Source: an uncultured Gemmatimonadaceae bacterium (GTDB lineage Bacteria > Gemmatimonadota > Gemmatimonadetes > Gemmatimonadales > Gemmatimonadaceae). From it: a DNA stretch of 64,000 nucleotides. A program made the translations under genes and the position numbers. Below, in pieces: positions 10,070 through 24,774 of this stretch (position 1 is the stretch's first letter; every line of letters begins with the position of its first letter). The notes below the pieces were generated by a model. The model was not told the origin of the DNA. It did no database searches and was given only the letters and a program-made list of their open reading frames with translations. The stretch spans positions 1,440,001 through 1,504,000 of the forward strand of contig CAVUDW010000002.1 of NCBI GenBank assembly GCA_963740355.1, written 5' to 3'.

Positions 10070-11067
10070 GGTGACGGTGCGGAAAGGGGCGGTGATGAGT
10101 CGTCAAGCGAAGCGCGGCGCGCATGAACCAGCGTCCGGGCGACCATCGGCCCCTGTGCCGCGTCTGGCGCCGACGCATCGGCACCGACGACACCCACGAG
10201 CGATGGGTCGTTCAGGAACGCTTGCCCACCCACCATGATCGCGAGATCGGCGTTGAGCGAGGCTTCCCGAATACTAGTGACTAGCTCCGTGATTTTCGGG
10301 ATGCGCTCGACGAGCCCCGCGGAGAGGCCGACGACATCGTACCAGTGGACAGCGATCTCATGCACAACTTCCGAGTTGCCGAGGGGATGGCCGACAGTCA
10401 CGCCCCAGCCGTCCGCCACGAAAAACTCCGCAACCATGGCCAGCCCGAGGGAGTGCTGCTCGTCGGGCATGGCGCAGAGAAACGCCTGTCCGGCATCCGC
10501 CGACATGGGTGTCTCTGCCGCTACCCGGCGGCCCAGATCCCGCACCACGCGCTGCATCCGGCCGAGGCCGAGCGTCACCTCGAGGAAATCGGCCTCGTCC
10601 TCCTCCCACATCGTCCCCAGCGTTCGGGCCGCGGGCGCGAGGAGCTGCAGGCAGATCCGCTCCAGCGGCTGCCCGCTGTCGATCATCTCGGTGATGATGC
10701 TGGGGCAGCGCTCCTCGTCGTGCGACAGGCAGGCCGCCACGAAGCGATCCACATCGGCCGGCGTGATTTCCTGCCCAGCCCGTGCGGGCCAAGTCGCCTC
10801 GGTCCCGGCCCCGCGCGCATGGGCGAGCAGGCGCGGAATGAGCTCCAGCTCCATGGCACGTCCTACGGAGGCGCCTCGGACACGTGGCACCTCGCACTCG
10901 GCGTGCGGTTGGTTACCGAAGGACGGATGTAGCGAGGTTGACAACGGGCCCCTCCGGGCAGGGACTGATGGGACACCTACCGGACGCCTACGATTCCGCC
11001 TGGGCATCGTTGCCGCAAGTCTGGAGTGCCGGTGAGGTGAAGAAACCCGCACTCCGCTAGTTGTCAA
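10066..11067 (-). CDS. aerR: B12-binding antirepressor AerR/PpaA (true start probably downstream of 11067)
   Basis: LIPRL, LLAPAARTLGTMWEEDEADFLEV, EQHSLG and IMVGG motifs; immediately upstream of ppsR. Confidence 0.88.
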   Translation of the reverse strand: MTTSGVRVSSPHRHSRLAATMPRRNRRRPVGVPSVPARRGPLSTSLHPSFGNQPHAECEVPRVRGASVGRAMELELIPRLLAHARGAGTEATWPARAGQEITPADVDRFVAACLSHDEERCPSIITEMIDSGQPLERICLQLLAPAARTLGTMWEEDEADFLEVTLGLGRMQRVVRDLGRRVAAETPMSADAGQAFLCAMPDEQHSLGLAMVAEFFVADGWGVTVGHPLGNSEVVHEIAVHWYDVVGLSAGLVERIPKITELVTSIREASLNADLAIMVGGQAFLNDPSLVGVVGADASAPDAAQGPMVARTLVHARRASLDDSSPPLSAPSP

Positions 11068-11104
11068 ATTCCGGACGGGTCTCGAAGTCGATTTCCGGCC
11101 AGAG

Positions 11105-11122
11105 TGTCAGCTTTCCTTGACA
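11105..11122. promoter_or_regulatory. PpsR palindrome in the aerR/bchF divergent region
   Basis: TGTCAGCTTTCCTTGACA = TGTC-N10-GACA. Confidence 0.8.
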
Positions 11123-11193
11123 CTTTCCCTCCCGCGGGTAGCCTCGAATGCAACGGTTACTCGGAGTGCGACGCAGTGATTGATGGTGGATTG

Positions 11194-13022
<1,829 letters not shown>

Positions 13023-13026
13023 TTTC

Positions 13027-14727
13027 ATGCAACTGACGCTCTGGACCTACGAAGGGCCGCCACATGTTGGTGCGATGCGCATCGCGACATCGATGCGCGA
13101 CGTGCACTACGTGTTGCACGCGCCGCAGGGTGACACCTATGCCGACCTGCTGTTCACGATGATCGAGCGGCAGGACAAGCGGCCTCCGGTGACCTATACC
13201 ACGTTCCAGGCACGGGATCTTGGCGGTGACACGGCCAACATCGTGACCCGCGCCGTGCAGGATGCCGTCGATCGATTTGCGCCGAAGGCACTGCTGGTGG
13301 GTGAGAGCTGCACCGCCGAATTGATCCAGGACAACCCTGGCAGCCTGGCGATGGGCATGAACCTGTCGATGCCGATCGTGCCGCTCGAGCTGCCGTCGTA
13401 TTCGAAGAAGGAAAACTGGGGTGCGGCCGAGACGTTCTACCAGCTGGTGCGCACCCTGCTGCTGGAACGCTCCAAGACGCGCGAGCCACGCCCGACACGC
13501 GACGGGCGACGTCCGCGCGTGAACCTGATGGGTGGCACGATCCTCGGATTCCGTTGCCGCGACGACATCGCCGAAGTCACCAAGCTGCTCAACAGCATCG
13601 GCGTGGACGTACACGTGAGCGCCCCGCTGGGTGCGGATCCTGACGATCTGCGACGAATTCCGGATGCCGACGCGAACGTCTGCCTCTATCCGGAAATTTC
13701 GCTCACGACCTGCAGCTGGTTGAACCGCACCTTCCAGATGCCGACGATCACGACGGTGCCGATCGGTGTTGGGGCCACGCGCGATTTCATCGCTGAAGTC
13801 GGGCGCGTTCTCCAGATCGACGTCTCGATGGTGCTGGGCGGGGAGACGGCGGGTGCCGCCTCGCTGGGCAGCAGCCAGTCGCGCATGCCGTGGTACTCCC
13901 GTTCGGTGGACGCCACGTACCTCACGGGCAAGCGCGTCTTCATCTTCGGCGACGGCACCCACGTCGTGGCAGCCGCGCGCATTGCGAGCGAGGAGCTGGG
14001 CTTCAAGGTGGTCGGCGTCGGCACCTACAGCCGCGAGATGGCGCGTGACGTGAAGGCCTGCGCCGAGAAGTACGGTGTCACCGCGCTGATCACGGATGAC
14101 TATCTCGACGTCGAGCGCACGGTGGCTGAACTGCAGCCGGAACTGGTGCTTGGCACGCAGATGGAACGCCACATCGCGAAGCGGTTGGGCGTGCCGTGCT
14201 CGGTGATCTCCACGCCGATCCACGTGCAGGACGTGCCGGCGCGGTATTCGCCGCAGATGGGCTTCGAAGGCGCGAACGTGATCTTCGACGCCTGGGTGCA
14301 TCCGCTGATGATGGGGCTCGAGGAGCACCTGCTGCAGATGTTCCGCGAGGATTTCGAGTTCGGCGACGGCGCCACGCCGTCGCATCTGCATAGCGTCGCG
14401 CCGACGAGGCCTGAGGCCTCTGCCGGTGTGATGGTGCCGACGTCGCAAGACGCCGTCATCACGCCCGTCGTCTCGGAGCCGGCGCACGCGTCGGTGCAAA
14501 CGCCCACGGCCACCACTGTGGTCGAGGCGTCGGGTGCGCCCAGTGTCACGGCGACCGAGGTGGCGGCGCCGGTGTGGTCACCCGATGGCGAAAAGGAACT
14601 GTCGAAGATCCCGTTCTTCGTGCGCGGCAAGGCCCGCCGCAACACGGAGAAGTACGCCGTCGCACAGGGGATCGGGCTGATCACCGTCGAGACGCTCTAC
14701 GAGGCCAAGGCGCACTATGGCCGGTGA
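13027..14727 (+). CDS. bchB: DPOR subunit B
   Basis: [39 protein letters not shown], and C-terminal [15 protein letters not shown]. Confidence 0.97.
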   Translation: MQLTLWTYEGPPHVGAMRIATSMRDVHYVLHAPQGDTYADLLFTMIERQDKRPPVTYTTFQARDLGGDTANIVTRAVQDAVDRFAPKALLVGESCTAELIQDNPGSLAMGMNLSMPIVPLELPSYSKKENWGAAETFYQLVRTLLLERSKTREPRPTRDGRRPRVNLMGGTILGFRCRDDIAEVTKLLNSIGVDVHVSAPLGADPDDLRRIPDADANVCLYPEISLTTCSWLNRTFQMPTITTVPIGVGATRDFIAEVGRVLQIDVSMVLGGETAGAASLGSSQSRMPWYSRSVDATYLTGKRVFIFGDGTHVVAAARIASEELGFKVVGVGTYSREMARDVKACAEKYGVTALITDDYLDVERTVAELQPELVLGTQMERHIAKRLGVPCSVISTPIHVQDVPARYSPQMGFEGANVIFDAWVHPLMMGLEEHLLQMFREDFEFGDGATPSHLHSVAPTRPEASAGVMVPTSQDAVITPVVSEPAHASVQTPTATTVVEASGAPSVTATEVAAPVWSPDGEKELSKIPFFVRGKARRNTEKYAVAQGIGLITVETLYEAKAHYGR

Positions 14728-17700
14728 GACGTTGCCGCCGCTGAAGTTCGTCATCATCACGCTGGATTCACATCTGGCGGGCGCCGTCGCGGAAGCGGCG
14801 GCGATCGTGGTGCGGCAGCTGCCGTCTATCGACCTTCGGGTGCACGTGGCGTCTGACTGGCCGGAGAATCCGGCATCGCTCGATCGCTGCAAGGCCGATA
14901 TCGCCACTGGCGACATCATCGCCGTCACACAGTGCTTCCAGGACGAGCAGGTGTCGGCGATTCGCGAGGCGCTGCTGGCGCGGCGCGATCACTGCGACTC
15001 GATGCTCGTTGCCGTATCCGCCGCGGAACTCGTGCGATGCACGAAGATGGGCAAGTTCGATCTGGGTGGCGCAGAAGAAAAGAAGCCGAAGCCCTGGTCG
15101 CCCCTCGGCATCCTGAAGAAGCTGCGCGGTAGTCGCGGTGACGGAAAGTCGAGCGGCGAGCGCCAGATGACGGCGCTGAAGGCGATGCCGAAACTGCTCA
15201 AGTTCATTCCTGGGCCAGCACAGGACGTCCGCGTCTACCTGCTGAGCATCCAGTACTGGCTGGCGGGCACCTCGGAGAACATCGCCAACCTTATCCTGCT
15301 GCACGTCGAGAAGTACGCGAATGGTCCGCGAAAGGTGTTGCGTGCGCAGGCCAAGGCCGAGCCGCCGCGCAACTATCCCGAGGTCGGACTGTGGCACCCC
15401 GAGATGAAGGGTGAACACGGGATCACGGAGTCGCTGGCTGCGCTGCCGACGAGTGGTGCCGCGGGGACCGTGGGTGTGCTGCTCGGCCGCAGCTACCTGC
15501 TGGCCGACAACGTCGCGCATTACGTGGCGGTCGTGCGGGCCTTCGAACAGCGCGGGCTGCGCACCATTCCAGCCTTTGCCAGTGCGCTCGATGCGCGACC
15601 GGCGATCGAGAAGTACTTCCTCGATGCGAACGGCCGGTCGCGTGTGGATTGTGTGGTGTCGCTGACCGGCTTCTCGCTGGTGGGCGGGCCCGCGTACAAC
15701 GATGCGATCGCTGCGCAGGCCACGCTCAGTCAGCTCGACGTGCCGTACTTCTGCTTGCAGACGCTGGAGTTCCAGTCGACGCCCGAGTGGCAGAACGATC
15801 CGCGCGGGTTGAATCCGCTGCAGGCGACACTTCAGGTCGCGATCCCGGAACTGGACGGTGCGATTGGTCCGACCGTCTTCGCCGGCAAGGTGGGATCGGC
15901 GAAGGGCGTGGAAAACGCGGAATCGCTGCCGATCACGGAACGCGTCGAGACGATGGCCGACCGCGTTGCGAAGATGATCCGCATGCGCCGCACCGCGCGC
16001 GCCGAGCGGAAGGTGGCGGTGGTGTTGTTCAACTTCCCGCCCAATGCAGGCAATACGGGTAGCGCCGCCTACATCGACTGCTTCCACTCGCTGTACAACA
16101 CGATGGTCGCGATGCGCGAGGCCGGCTACACCGTCACGGTGCCGGACTCGGTGGATGCGCTGCGGAACGCGGTGATCCAGGGCAATCGGGAGCAGTACGG
16201 CTCCGTCGCCTCCGTCTTTGCGCGCGTCCCGACCGATGACCATGTGCGGCGCGAGCGATACCTGCCGCAGATCGAGGGCGCATGGGGTGCCGCGCCAGGC
16301 AAGCAGTTCGCGGATGGCTACGGCATCCAGATTCTCGGCGCCGAGTTCGGCAACGTGTTCGTTGGCGTGCAACCGTCGTTCGGATGGGAAGGGGATCCGA
16401 TGCGGTTGCTCTTCGAGGGCAACTTTGCGCCGACGCATGCCTTCAGTGCGTTCTATCGCTGGCTGCGTGAGGATTGGGGCGCTCATGTCGCGCTGCACTT
16501 CGGCACCCACGGCGCGCTCGAGTTCATGCCTGGCAAGCAGGCGGGGCTCACCGATCAATGCTGGCCGGATCGCCTCATCGGCGACCTGCCGAACGTCTAC
16601 CTCTACGCCTCGAACAACTCGTCCGAAGGGACGTTGGCGAAGCGTCGCGGTGGTGCTACGACGCTGATCAGCTATCTCACGCCGTCTGTCTCGGCGGCTG
16701 GCCTGTACAAGGGCCTCCTCGACCTCAAGGCGACGTTCGAGCGCTGGCGTGGCATGGACGAGCGCACCAGCGAGGGCGAGCGTCTTTCGGTCGTGGCACT
16801 GCTGCAGGAACAGGCGTGTGCACTCGAACTGACGACGCCGATTCCACAGTGGACGCCAGCCGATGGCGTCGTGATCGAGCAGGTGCGCCAGAAGCTGCTG
16901 GAAGTCGAGCAGGCGCTGATTCCGGTCGGCCTCCACATCGTGGGTAAGGTGCCGACGGTGGAGGAACGCGCCGACATGCTGCTGGCGATCGCGAACGTGG
17001 GCCGACCCGACGCCGATGTGGCGCCGTTCGGCGACACGGTGCGATCGGCCGCACGGAGCGCGATGACGGTCGAGCAGCTGGAACATGCCGCCCGCGAGAT
17101 CGTGATGGCTGCGGTCTCAGCGGGCGATGCGTCGACGGGCATGCGGGTGGCCGAGAGCCATGGCATTGCGGCCACGTCGCTCGAGCCGACACTGCGCGGG
17201 CTGATGGCGCTGGACGAGATGCTGGCCGTGGATTCGGAGATTCCGGGCATGCTGCGCGCGATGGACGGCCGCTACGTGACGGCGGCGCCGGCGGCAGACC
17301 TGGTGCGCAACACGGCGGTATTGCCGACGGGGCGCAACCTGTATGGCTTCGATCCCTACAAGGTGCCGAGCCCGTACGCGCTGAAGGAAGGTTCGATTCG
17401 TGCCGAGCAACTCATCGCGCGGCATGTGGCGGACGGCAATGACTTCCCCGAGACGGTGGCCTTCGTGCTCTGGGGCACGGACAACATGAAGTCGGAAGGC
17501 ACTCAGCTGGCGCAGGTCCTGGCGCTGATGGGTGTCGTTCCGCGCTTCGATGGGGTCGGGCGGCTCTGTGGTGCGCGCCTGTTGACGCTCGAGCAACTCG
17601 GTCGGCCACGCGTGGACGTGGTCGCGTCGCTGTCTGGCATCTTCCGTGACCTGCTGCCGCTCCAGGTGAAGCTGCTGGCCGAGGCAGCATTGCTCTGTGC

Positions 17701-18514
17701 CAGCGCGGACGAGCCAGAGGCGCAGAACTTCGTGCGCAAGCACACGCTGGCCGCGATGCGGGATGACGGCGTGGATCTCGAGACCGCCGCGCTCCGCGTT
17801 TTCGGCAACTCCGAAGGCACCTATGGCTCGAACGTGAACCTGCTGCTCGAGACCGGGCGCTGGGAAGACGAGGACCAGCTGGCCGACCTGTTCGTGCAGC
17901 GCAAGGGCTTCGCGTACGGCGTGGACGGCAAGTGTCGCGCAGGCCAGAAGATGATGAAGCGTGCCTTGGGCACCGCATCACTGAGCTTCCAGAACGTCGA
18001 CTCGGTGGAGCTTGGCGCCACCGACATCGACCAGTATGTCGAGGCGTTGGGTGGTGTGAATCGCGTCATCGAGCAGCAGCAGCAGAAGAAGGTGGCCTGC
18101 TACATGGGCGACCACACTGGAAAGGACGGGAAGATTCGCACGCTCGAGGAACAGGTGGTGCTCGAGACGCGAACGCGCGCGTTGAACCCGAAGTGGTATG
18201 AAGGGCAGCTGGTGCACGGTTATGAAGGGGTGCGCAACATCGCCGGTCACATCGCCACGACCGTGGGTTGGTCATCCACCACGGGCAGCGTACCGGGGTG
18301 GGTCTACGGCGACATGGCGCAGACCTTTGTGCTCGATGCCGAGATGCGCGACCGGTTGGCAAGCCTCAATCCCTCGGCCGCCGCAGGCATGGCGACCAAG
18401 TTGCTGGAGGCGAATGATCGCGGGTACTGGTCGCCGGACGCCGCGACGCTGGATGCGTTGCGCGATGCGTCGGCCGAGCTGGAAGACCGTCTCGAAGGTG
18501 TAGTGGCCCGATGA
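14717..18514 (+). CDS. bchH: magnesium chelatase subunit H
   Basis: [41 protein letters not shown] and [11 protein letters not shown]; 1265 aa. Confidence 0.97.
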   Translation: MAGETLPPLKFVIITLDSHLAGAVAEAAAIVVRQLPSIDLRVHVASDWPENPASLDRCKADIATGDIIAVTQCFQDEQVSAIREALLARRDHCDSMLVAVSAAELVRCTKMGKFDLGGAEEKKPKPWSPLGILKKLRGSRGDGKSSGERQMTALKAMPKLLKFIPGPAQDVRVYLLSIQYWLAGTSENIANLILLHVEKYANGPRKVLRAQAKAEPPRNYPEVGLWHPEMKGEHGITESLAALPTSGAAGTVGVLLGRSYLLADNVAHYVAVVRAFEQRGLRTIPAFASALDARPAIEKYFLDANGRSRVDCVVSLTGFSLVGGPAYNDAIAAQATLSQLDVPYFCLQTLEFQSTPEWQNDPRGLNPLQATLQVAIPELDGAIGPTVFAGKVGSAKGVENAESLPITERVETMADRVAKMIRMRRTARAERKVAVVLFNFPPNAGNTGSAAYIDCFHSLYNTMVAMREAGYTVTVPDSVDALRNAVIQGNREQYGSVASVFARVPTDDHVRRERYLPQIEGAWGAAPGKQFADGYGIQILGAEFGNVFVGVQPSFGWEGDPMRLLFEGNFAPTHAFSAFYRWLREDWGAHVALHFGTHGALEFMPGKQAGLTDQCWPDRLIGDLPNVYLYASNNSSEGTLAKRRGGATTLISYLTPSVSAAGLYKGLLDLKATFERWRGMDERTSEGERLSVVALLQEQACALELTTPIPQWTPADGVVIEQVRQKLLEVEQALIPVGLHIVGKVPTVEERADMLLAIANVGRPDADVAPFGDTVRSAARSAMTVEQLEHAAREIVMAAVSAGDASTGMRVAESHGIAATSLEPTLRGLMALDEMLAVDSEIPGMLRAMDGRYVTAAPAADLVRNTAVLPTGRNLYGFDPYKVPSPYALKEGSIRAEQLIARHVADGNDFPETVAFVLWGTDNMKSEGTQLAQVLALMGVVPRFDGVGRLCGARLLTLEQLGRPRVDVVASLSGIFRDLLPLQVKLLAEAALLCASADEPEAQNFVRKHTLAAMRDDGVDLETAALRVFGNSEGTYGSNVNLLLETGRWEDEDQLADLFVQRKGFAYGVDGKCRAGQKMMKRALGTASLSFQNVDSVELGATDIDQYVEALGGVNRVIEQQQQKKVACYMGDHTGKDGKIRTLEEQVVLETRTRALNPKWYEGQLVHGYEGVRNIAGHIATTVGWSSTTGSVPGWVYGDMAQTFVLDAEMRDRLASLNPSAAAGMATKLLEANDRGYWSPDAATLDALRDASAELEDRLEGVVAR

Positions 18515-19498
<984 letters not shown>

Positions 19499-19501
19499 GC
19501 C

Positions 19502-20254
19502 ATGGCAGCACCATCGACGGACGCTGGGACACCCGGGAGCGCCTCGTACACTGAGCGGCGCGCCTGGCTGCACGAATATTTCGACCGGACGGCGGCCGGG
19601 GCCTGGGCCACGCTGACGTCCGACAGCAAGGTGAGCTGGGTGCGCCGGACCGTCCGGGAAGGCCGGGAGCGGATGCGGCATACGCTTTCCGGGTACCTGC
19701 CGGCCGACCTGACGGGGCTTCGGGTGCTCGACGCGGGGTGTGGCACAGGGGTACAGGCGGTCGAACTGGCCCGGCGCGGGGCCTCGGTTGTTGCGATTGA
19801 CCTCTCGCCAACGCTGGTGGGGCTAGCCGAGACGCGGTCTGCGGGGAAATTCGAGGGAGGAACGATCGAGTGGCGGTCGGGCGACATGCTCGACCCACAG
19901 CTCGGCTCGTTCGATTTCGTGGTGGCGATGGATTCCCTCATTCACTACACGCTCTCTGACATGCTGGATGCCTACGCCGCCTTGGCGGCGCGCACTCGGA
20001 TCGGGATGGCCGTGACGTTCGCTCCGCGGACGCCATTGCTGGCGACGCTGCACGCGGTGGGCGGGATGTTTCCGCGCCGCGATCGCGCGCCGCAGATCGA
20101 GCCGGTGGCGCAGGCTGCGTTGCTGGCGGGTGTGGCTGCCGATGCGCGGCTCGCCAACTGGCAGCCGGGCCGGACGCAGCGCATCGAAAGCGGGTTCTAC
20201 AAGTCGCAGGCGCTGGAACTGCGCCGCGCAACGGGGGCGAACGCGTGTGGATAG
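19502..20254 (+). CDS. bchM: Mg-protoporphyrin IX methyltransferase
   Basis: YFDRTA, VRRTVREGR, VLDAGCGTG, AMDSLIHY and GFYKSQALEL. Confidence 0.95.
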   Translation: MAAPSTDAGTPGSASYTERRAWLHEYFDRTAAGAWATLTSDSKVSWVRRTVREGRERMRHTLSGYLPADLTGLRVLDAGCGTGVQAVELARRGASVVAIDLSPTLVGLAETRSAGKFEGGTIEWRSGDMLDPQLGSFDFVVAMDSLIHYTLSDMLDAYAALAARTRIGMAVTFAPRTPLLATLHAVGGMFPRRDRAPQIEPVAQAALLAGVAADARLANWQPGRTQRIESGFYKSQALELRRATGANACG

Positions 20255-20308
20255 TCCTGCTCATTTTTGCGGCAATCTGGTATTTCTCTCGGGAGCGGAA
20301 GTGACGGC

Positions 20309-20638
20309 ATGATGACGATGCAGAACCTGCTGATCGCGATCCTCGTGCTCCTCGGTGTCTGGTTCCTGTACCGCCGCACGATCGATGTGCCGGCGACCAT
20401 CGACCTCGAGGCCACCGATCGCGAACTGCATGCGCACGTGATCCTCGAAGGTGTGGAAGTGAACGAGGGCGATGAAGTCCTGGTCCATGGCGCCCCGACG
20501 CACATCGCGCTGAACGAGAAGCGCACGATGGCAGCGCGGGCCACGGTGTCGAAGGCAAGCCTGCCGCGCCGGATGTGGGAGCGCGTCATGGGACGGACGC
20601 GCATCACCGAACTCTACGAAGTCGGATTCGAGGGCTGA
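20309..20638 (+). CDS. BciE-like cyclase accessory protein with an N-terminal TM helix
   Basis: VPATID..LHAHV..GDEVLVHGAP..ATVSKAS..WERVMG..ELYEVGF resembles BciE as recalled; lies directly upstream of acsF. Confidence 0.7.
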   Translation: MMTMQNLLIAILVLLGVWFLYRRTIDVPATIDLEATDRELHAHVILEGVEVNEGDEVLVHGAPTHIALNEKRTMAARATVSKASLPRRMWERVMGRTRITELYEVGFEG

Positions 20639-20644
20639 GACGAT

Positions 20645-21733
20645 ATGTACAACGTTGCAGATGAACGCGCGGAGCTGACGGCAGACGTCACATCCACCGC
20701 AGAAAGCACCGCCGTCGCGGCGCAGGATGCGGCGCTCAACCCGCGGTTCTACACCACGGATTTCGATGAACTGAACAAGCTCGACTTCTCGTCGATGCGC
20801 GCGCAGTGGGACGCGATGGTGGAGGAGTTCCGCTCCGACCCCAATCGCAACCACTTCAAGCGGACGGCGGAATTCGACGAGGACTTCTCGAAGCTGCCGC
20901 CTAAGCTGCGCCAGGAGTTCGTGGACTTCCTGATCAGCTCCGTCACGGCCGAGTTCTCCGGCTGCATCCTGTACGCCGAAATCAAGAAGCGGTGCACGAA
21001 CCCCGATGTGCGCGAGCTGTTCGGGTACATGAGCCGCGACGAGGGCCGGCACGCCGGCTTCATCAATCACACGTTGAACGACTTCAACGTGCGTGTCGAC
21101 CTCAGCTTCCTCACGCGCGCGAAGAAGTACACGTTCTTCAAGCCCAAGTTCATCTACTACGCGACGTACCTGTCCGAGAAGATCGGCTACGCGCGCTACA
21201 TCACGATCTTCCGCAACTTCGAGCAGCAGCCCGACAAGCGGTGGCACCCGATCTTCAAGTGGTTCGACAACTGGTGCCACGATGAGTTCCGGCATGGCGA
21301 GGCGTTTGCGGTCCTGATGCGCGCCAACCCCGAGACGCTGCAGGGGATCAACAAGTACTGGATCCGCTTCTTCCTGCTGGCCGTGTTCTGCACCATGTAC
21401 GTGCGCGATCACATCCGGGCCTCGTTCTTCGGCGCGATGGGGATGTCGGTGGACGAGTACGACCGCAAGGTGATCAAGCTCACGAGCCTGATCAGCAAGC
21501 AGGTCTTCCCGGTCAGCCTCGACCTCGAGAGCCCGCGCATCTGGGAATTGTTCGAGAAGATGTTCCAGATCACGCAGGCGATCGAGGCCACGAAGCGCAT
21601 TCCCGGCATCGGATCGGCGCTGCGCCGTGCGATGCTCAAGGTCTCGGTGGTGACGACGTTCGTGCAGCTCTACTTCCTGCCAGTCGAGTCGAACGAACTG
21701 CCGGCGAACGTGCGGATGGAGCCGGTGTGGTGA
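20645..21733 (+). CDS. acsF: O2-dependent Mg-protoporphyrin IX monomethyl ester cyclase
   Basis: PRFYTTDF, SVTAEFSGCILY, RDEGRHAGFIN, YATYLSEKIGYARY and WCHDEFRHG diiron motifs. Confidence 0.97.
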   Translation: MYNVADERAELTADVTSTAESTAVAAQDAALNPRFYTTDFDELNKLDFSSMRAQWDAMVEEFRSDPNRNHFKRTAEFDEDFSKLPPKLRQEFVDFLISSVTAEFSGCILYAEIKKRCTNPDVRELFGYMSRDEGRHAGFINHTLNDFNVRVDLSFLTRAKKYTFFKPKFIYYATYLSEKIGYARYITIFRNFEQQPDKRWHPIFKWFDNWCHDEFRHGEAFAVLMRANPETLQGINKYWIRFFLLAVFCTMYVRDHIRASFFGAMGMSVDEYDRKVIKLTSLISKQVFPVSLDLESPRIWELFEKMFQITQAIEATKRIPGIGSALRRAMLKVSVVTTFVQLYFLPVESNELPANVRMEPVW

Positions 21734-21767
21734 TGTCGGGGCTCAACCTCTACGGTGTGGTCGTGTC

Positions 21768-23213
21768 GTGAGCACGTCCGCCGCGAGCAAGACGCCGATG
21801 GTGGCCCGGCTGGTGTCGAAGTTCGGCCCCAGCATCCTGCCGTTTGCCGATGTCGCGACGACGGAACTTCCGTTGCCGCGGCTGTTGCGGCTGGGCCTGT
21901 TGCAGTTCACCGTGGCCCTGGCCACGACGCTCCTCGCGGGCACGCTCAATCGCGTGATGATCGTGGAGCTGAAGATGCCCGCGCTGATCGTGGGCCTGAT
22001 GCTCGCGGTGCCGCTGATCTCGGCGCCGCTGCGGGCCTTGATCGGCTACAAGTCCGATACGCACGTGTCGGTGCTCGGCTGGCGCCGCGTGCCGTACATC
22101 CTGGTTGGGACGATCCTGCAGTTCGGCGGCCTGGCCATCATGCCGATGGCGCTGATCCTGCTCTCGGGCGATTCACACGGGCATCCGGCCATCGGCATCG
22201 GGGCGAGCTTCTTCGCCTTCCTCTGCGTCGGCATGGGTTCGCACATGGTGCAGACGGCTGGCCTGGCGCTGGCGACGGACATCACGCCGGAGAAGGATCA
22301 GCCGCGAGTCGTGGCGCTGTTGTACGTCATGCTGCTGCTCGGCATGGTCGTCTCTAGCCTCGGCTACGGCGCCGCGCTGCGCAACTTCAACAAGATTCGC
22401 CTGATCCAGGTGATCCAGATGGCTGGCTTCCTCACGATGACGCTCAACATCGTGGCGGCATGGCAGCAGGAAGTTCGCGGCTCGGCCCCGACCAAGGCGC
22501 CGGAGAAGGCCCGTCCGCCGTTCATGGTGGCGTGGCGTGAGTTCGTGCGTGAATGCCCACAGCTGATCCGACTGCTGGTGGCGGTTGGCGTCGGCACCTT
22601 CGCCTTCACCCTGCAGGATGTGCTGCTCGAGCCGTTCGGCGGCCAGGTGCTGAAGCTTGGCGTGGCGGCCACCACATCACTCACTGGTGTGATGGCGATC
22701 GGTGCCATCGTCAGCTTCGCGCTGGCGCAGCGACGTGCCTCACAGGGTGCTGATCCAATCCGGCTCTGCGCGGTTGGTGCCCTCGTCGGCGTGGCGGGAT
22801 TTGCGCTGATCATCATGTCCTCGCCGCTGCTGTCCCCGGCGCTGCTGATGTCCGGCGCGCTGCTGATCGGCTTCGGCAATGGCTTGTTCAGCGTCGGCAC
22901 TCTGCTGCGGGTGATGTCGCTGCCGCATCATGGCGAACATGGGCTTGCCCTGGGCGCGTGGGGCGCGGTGCAAGCCACGTCGGCTGGCGTCGCCATGGCC
23001 GTTGCTGGATTCATCCGCGACTACTTCTCGGCCGGTGCGCTGAATCGATCGTCGCAGCTTGCAGATCCGTTTCCCGGCTTTGGGTACGTCGCGACGTATC
23101 TGGTGGCGGTGATTGGATTGTTCGTTTTGTTGGTGGTGCTTGGTCCGCTCACGGCGAGACGCCGCGCGGACGTGGTGCCGATGCCGTTTGGTATCGCCGA
23201 GTTCCCGGCGTAG
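21768..23213 (+). CDS. lhaA: LH1 assembly factor LhaA (PucC family)
   Basis: [47 protein letters not shown] and [10 protein letters not shown]; upstream of puhA. Confidence 0.93.
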   Translation: MSTSAASKTPMVARLVSKFGPSILPFADVATTELPLPRLLRLGLLQFTVALATTLLAGTLNRVMIVELKMPALIVGLMLAVPLISAPLRALIGYKSDTHVSVLGWRRVPYILVGTILQFGGLAIMPMALILLSGDSHGHPAIGIGASFFAFLCVGMGSHMVQTAGLALATDITPEKDQPRVVALLYVMLLLGMVVSSLGYGAALRNFNKIRLIQVIQMAGFLTMTLNIVAAWQQEVRGSAPTKAPEKARPPFMVAWREFVRECPQLIRLLVAVGVGTFAFTLQDVLLEPFGGQVLKLGVAATTSLTGVMAIGAIVSFALAQRRASQGADPIRLCAVGALVGVAGFALIIMSSPLLSPALLMSGALLIGFGNGLFSVGTLLRVMSLPHHGEHGLALGAWGAVQATSAGVAMAVAGFIRDYFSAGALNRSSQLADPFPGFGYVATYLVAVIGLFVLLVVLGPLTARRRADVVPMPFGIAEFPA

Positions 23214-23265
23214 GCCTGTTCAGCAGTCGGATTTCGTTGCAGTCCCTCACATGGAAGGAGTAGTC

Positions 23266-23475
23266 ATGTTCAGGAATTTCACGCCGTACATCGACGTCAC
23301 ACAGATGGTGCTGTACGCGTTCTGGTTCGGGTTCTTCGGCCTGATCCTGTATCTCCGTCGTGAGGACAAGCGCGAAGGGTATCCGCTGGTGTCGAACGAC
23401 CCGAATCGCCTGCATCAGGGCTACCCGGCATACCCCGGGCCGAAGGAGTTCATCCCCACCCACCCGGAGCACTAG
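23266..23475 (+). CDS. puhA: reaction centre H subunit, transmembrane part (Ht), 69 aa
   Basis: [39 protein letters not shown] ribosome-binding site. Confidence 0.9.
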   Translation: MFRNFTPYIDVTQMVLYAFWFGFFGLILYLRREDKREGYPLVSNDPNRLHQGYPAYPGPKEFIPTHPEH

Positions 23476-23478
23476 TCC

Positions 23479-24069
23479 ATGTCAGAAGTCATCATTCCGA
23501 AGTACGAGGTTCCGAAGAACGCGAGGCCGGTGGATTCGAACTTCGGTGCCCCGCTGGAACCGATCGGAAACCCGTTGACGGCTGGTATCGGGCCAGGCGC
23601 CTGGGCCGATCGCGCCGACCGTCCGGACCTCACGATCAAGGGAATTCCGCGCATCGTGCCGATGCGTGTGGCGACGGACTTCTTCGTTGCCCATCAGGAT
23701 CCCGATCCACGTGGCCTGGAAGTCCGCGGCATGGATGGAGCCGTCGGCGGCAAGGTCGTGGATCTGTGGGTCGATCGCAGCGAGCCGTGCCTGCGCTACG
23801 TGGAGGTGGAAGTGACTGGTGGTGGTCGTCGCCTGGTGCCGGTGCCGTTCATGCGCATCCCGCGTCCCGCGAACTGGTTCCCGTTCATGAACGACGGTCC
23901 GCAAGCCTCCCACGTGCAGATCGATGTGTTGAAGGGTGCTGACTTCGCCGGCATTCCGGAAACCAAGTCACCCGATCTCGTCACCCTGCTCGAAGAGGAC
24001 AAGATCAGCGCGTACTTCGGCGCCGGATCGCTCTGGAACTCCGAGCTTCGCTTCGGCCCACTGGTGTGA
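23479..24069 (+). CDS. puhA: reaction centre H subunit, cytoplasmic PRC-barrel part (Hc)
   Basis: PIGNPLTAGIGPGAW, DPDPRGL, DLWVDRSE..RYVEV and TLLEEDKISAYFGAG. Confidence 0.92.
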   Translation: MSEVIIPKYEVPKNARPVDSNFGAPLEPIGNPLTAGIGPGAWADRADRPDLTIKGIPRIVPMRVATDFFVAHQDPDPRGLEVRGMDGAVGGKVVDLWVDRSEPCLRYVEVEVTGGGRRLVPVPFMRIPRPANWFPFMNDGPQASHVQIDVLKGADFAGIPETKSPDLVTLLEEDKISAYFGAGSLWNSELRFGPLV

Positions 24070-24746
24070 TGATGGAGATTGTCGAACACGTTGGCCCCGA
24101 TGGGGAGGTCAGTCGCCTCCCCGCGGGGGAGCGCGTCCTCTGGACGGGCGCCCCGGACCAGCGATCGCTGGCGCGGTATTTCCTGCGTGAACGCTGGGTG
24201 CTCGCGTTCGTCGGTGTCTCGTTCGCGCTCGGTGCGACCGAGGCGTTGCAGCACGCCGATGGCGCCGTGCCGCGATTGGTTGGTGTGGCGACGCTGAGTG
24301 CCATCATGGCGTTGATCGCCATCGTCAGCATCCGGTTCTTCGCCTGGCGATTGGCGAAGTCGTCGAAGTACGTCATCACCGACAAGCGCGTCTACTTCAA
24401 CATCGGCATCGTGATGCGCGCCGATGCGAACATCCCGTACTCGAGTGTCGAAGGCGTAGACCTGATGCGTCGGCCCGATGGCTCGGCTGACCTGATGGTG
24501 ACGCTCACCGGCGCACAAGAGATTCCGTGGTTGTTGCTGTTCCCGCACATGACGTGGCGCGGTAGCCGACGTGGGCGCCCGACGTTCCGTGCGCTGCTGG
24601 CCCCTGACGTGGCGGCAGACGCCGTGGTCGGGGCACTGCGCGCCTACGTGCAGCCCAGCGCCCCGGATCTGTCCGGCGCCACCGCCGCATCGGTGCCTGG
24701 CACGGTCCGACAGTCCGTCTCGGCAGTCACTCCGTCGCCCGCGTGA
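24066..24746 (+). CDS. puhB: photosynthetic complex assembly protein PuhB
   Basis: LPAGERVLWTGAP, YVITDKRV..IG and LFPH..W..PTFR; follows puhA. Confidence 0.85.
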   Translation: MMMEIVEHVGPDGEVSRLPAGERVLWTGAPDQRSLARYFLRERWVLAFVGVSFALGATEALQHADGAVPRLVGVATLSAIMALIAIVSIRFFAWRLAKSSKYVITDKRVYFNIGIVMRADANIPYSSVEGVDLMRRPDGSADLMVTLTGAQEIPWLLLFPHMTWRGSRRGRPTFRALLAPDVAADAVVGALRAYVQPSAPDLSGATAASVPGTVRQSVSAVTPSPA

Positions 24747-24774
24747 GCACGTCGCGGACCAGGGGCACCACGGC

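Noticed and set aside
23266..24069. puhA pseudogene
   Set aside because: Both parts are well conserved, the second begins with its own ATG, and a split H subunit is known in this lineage.
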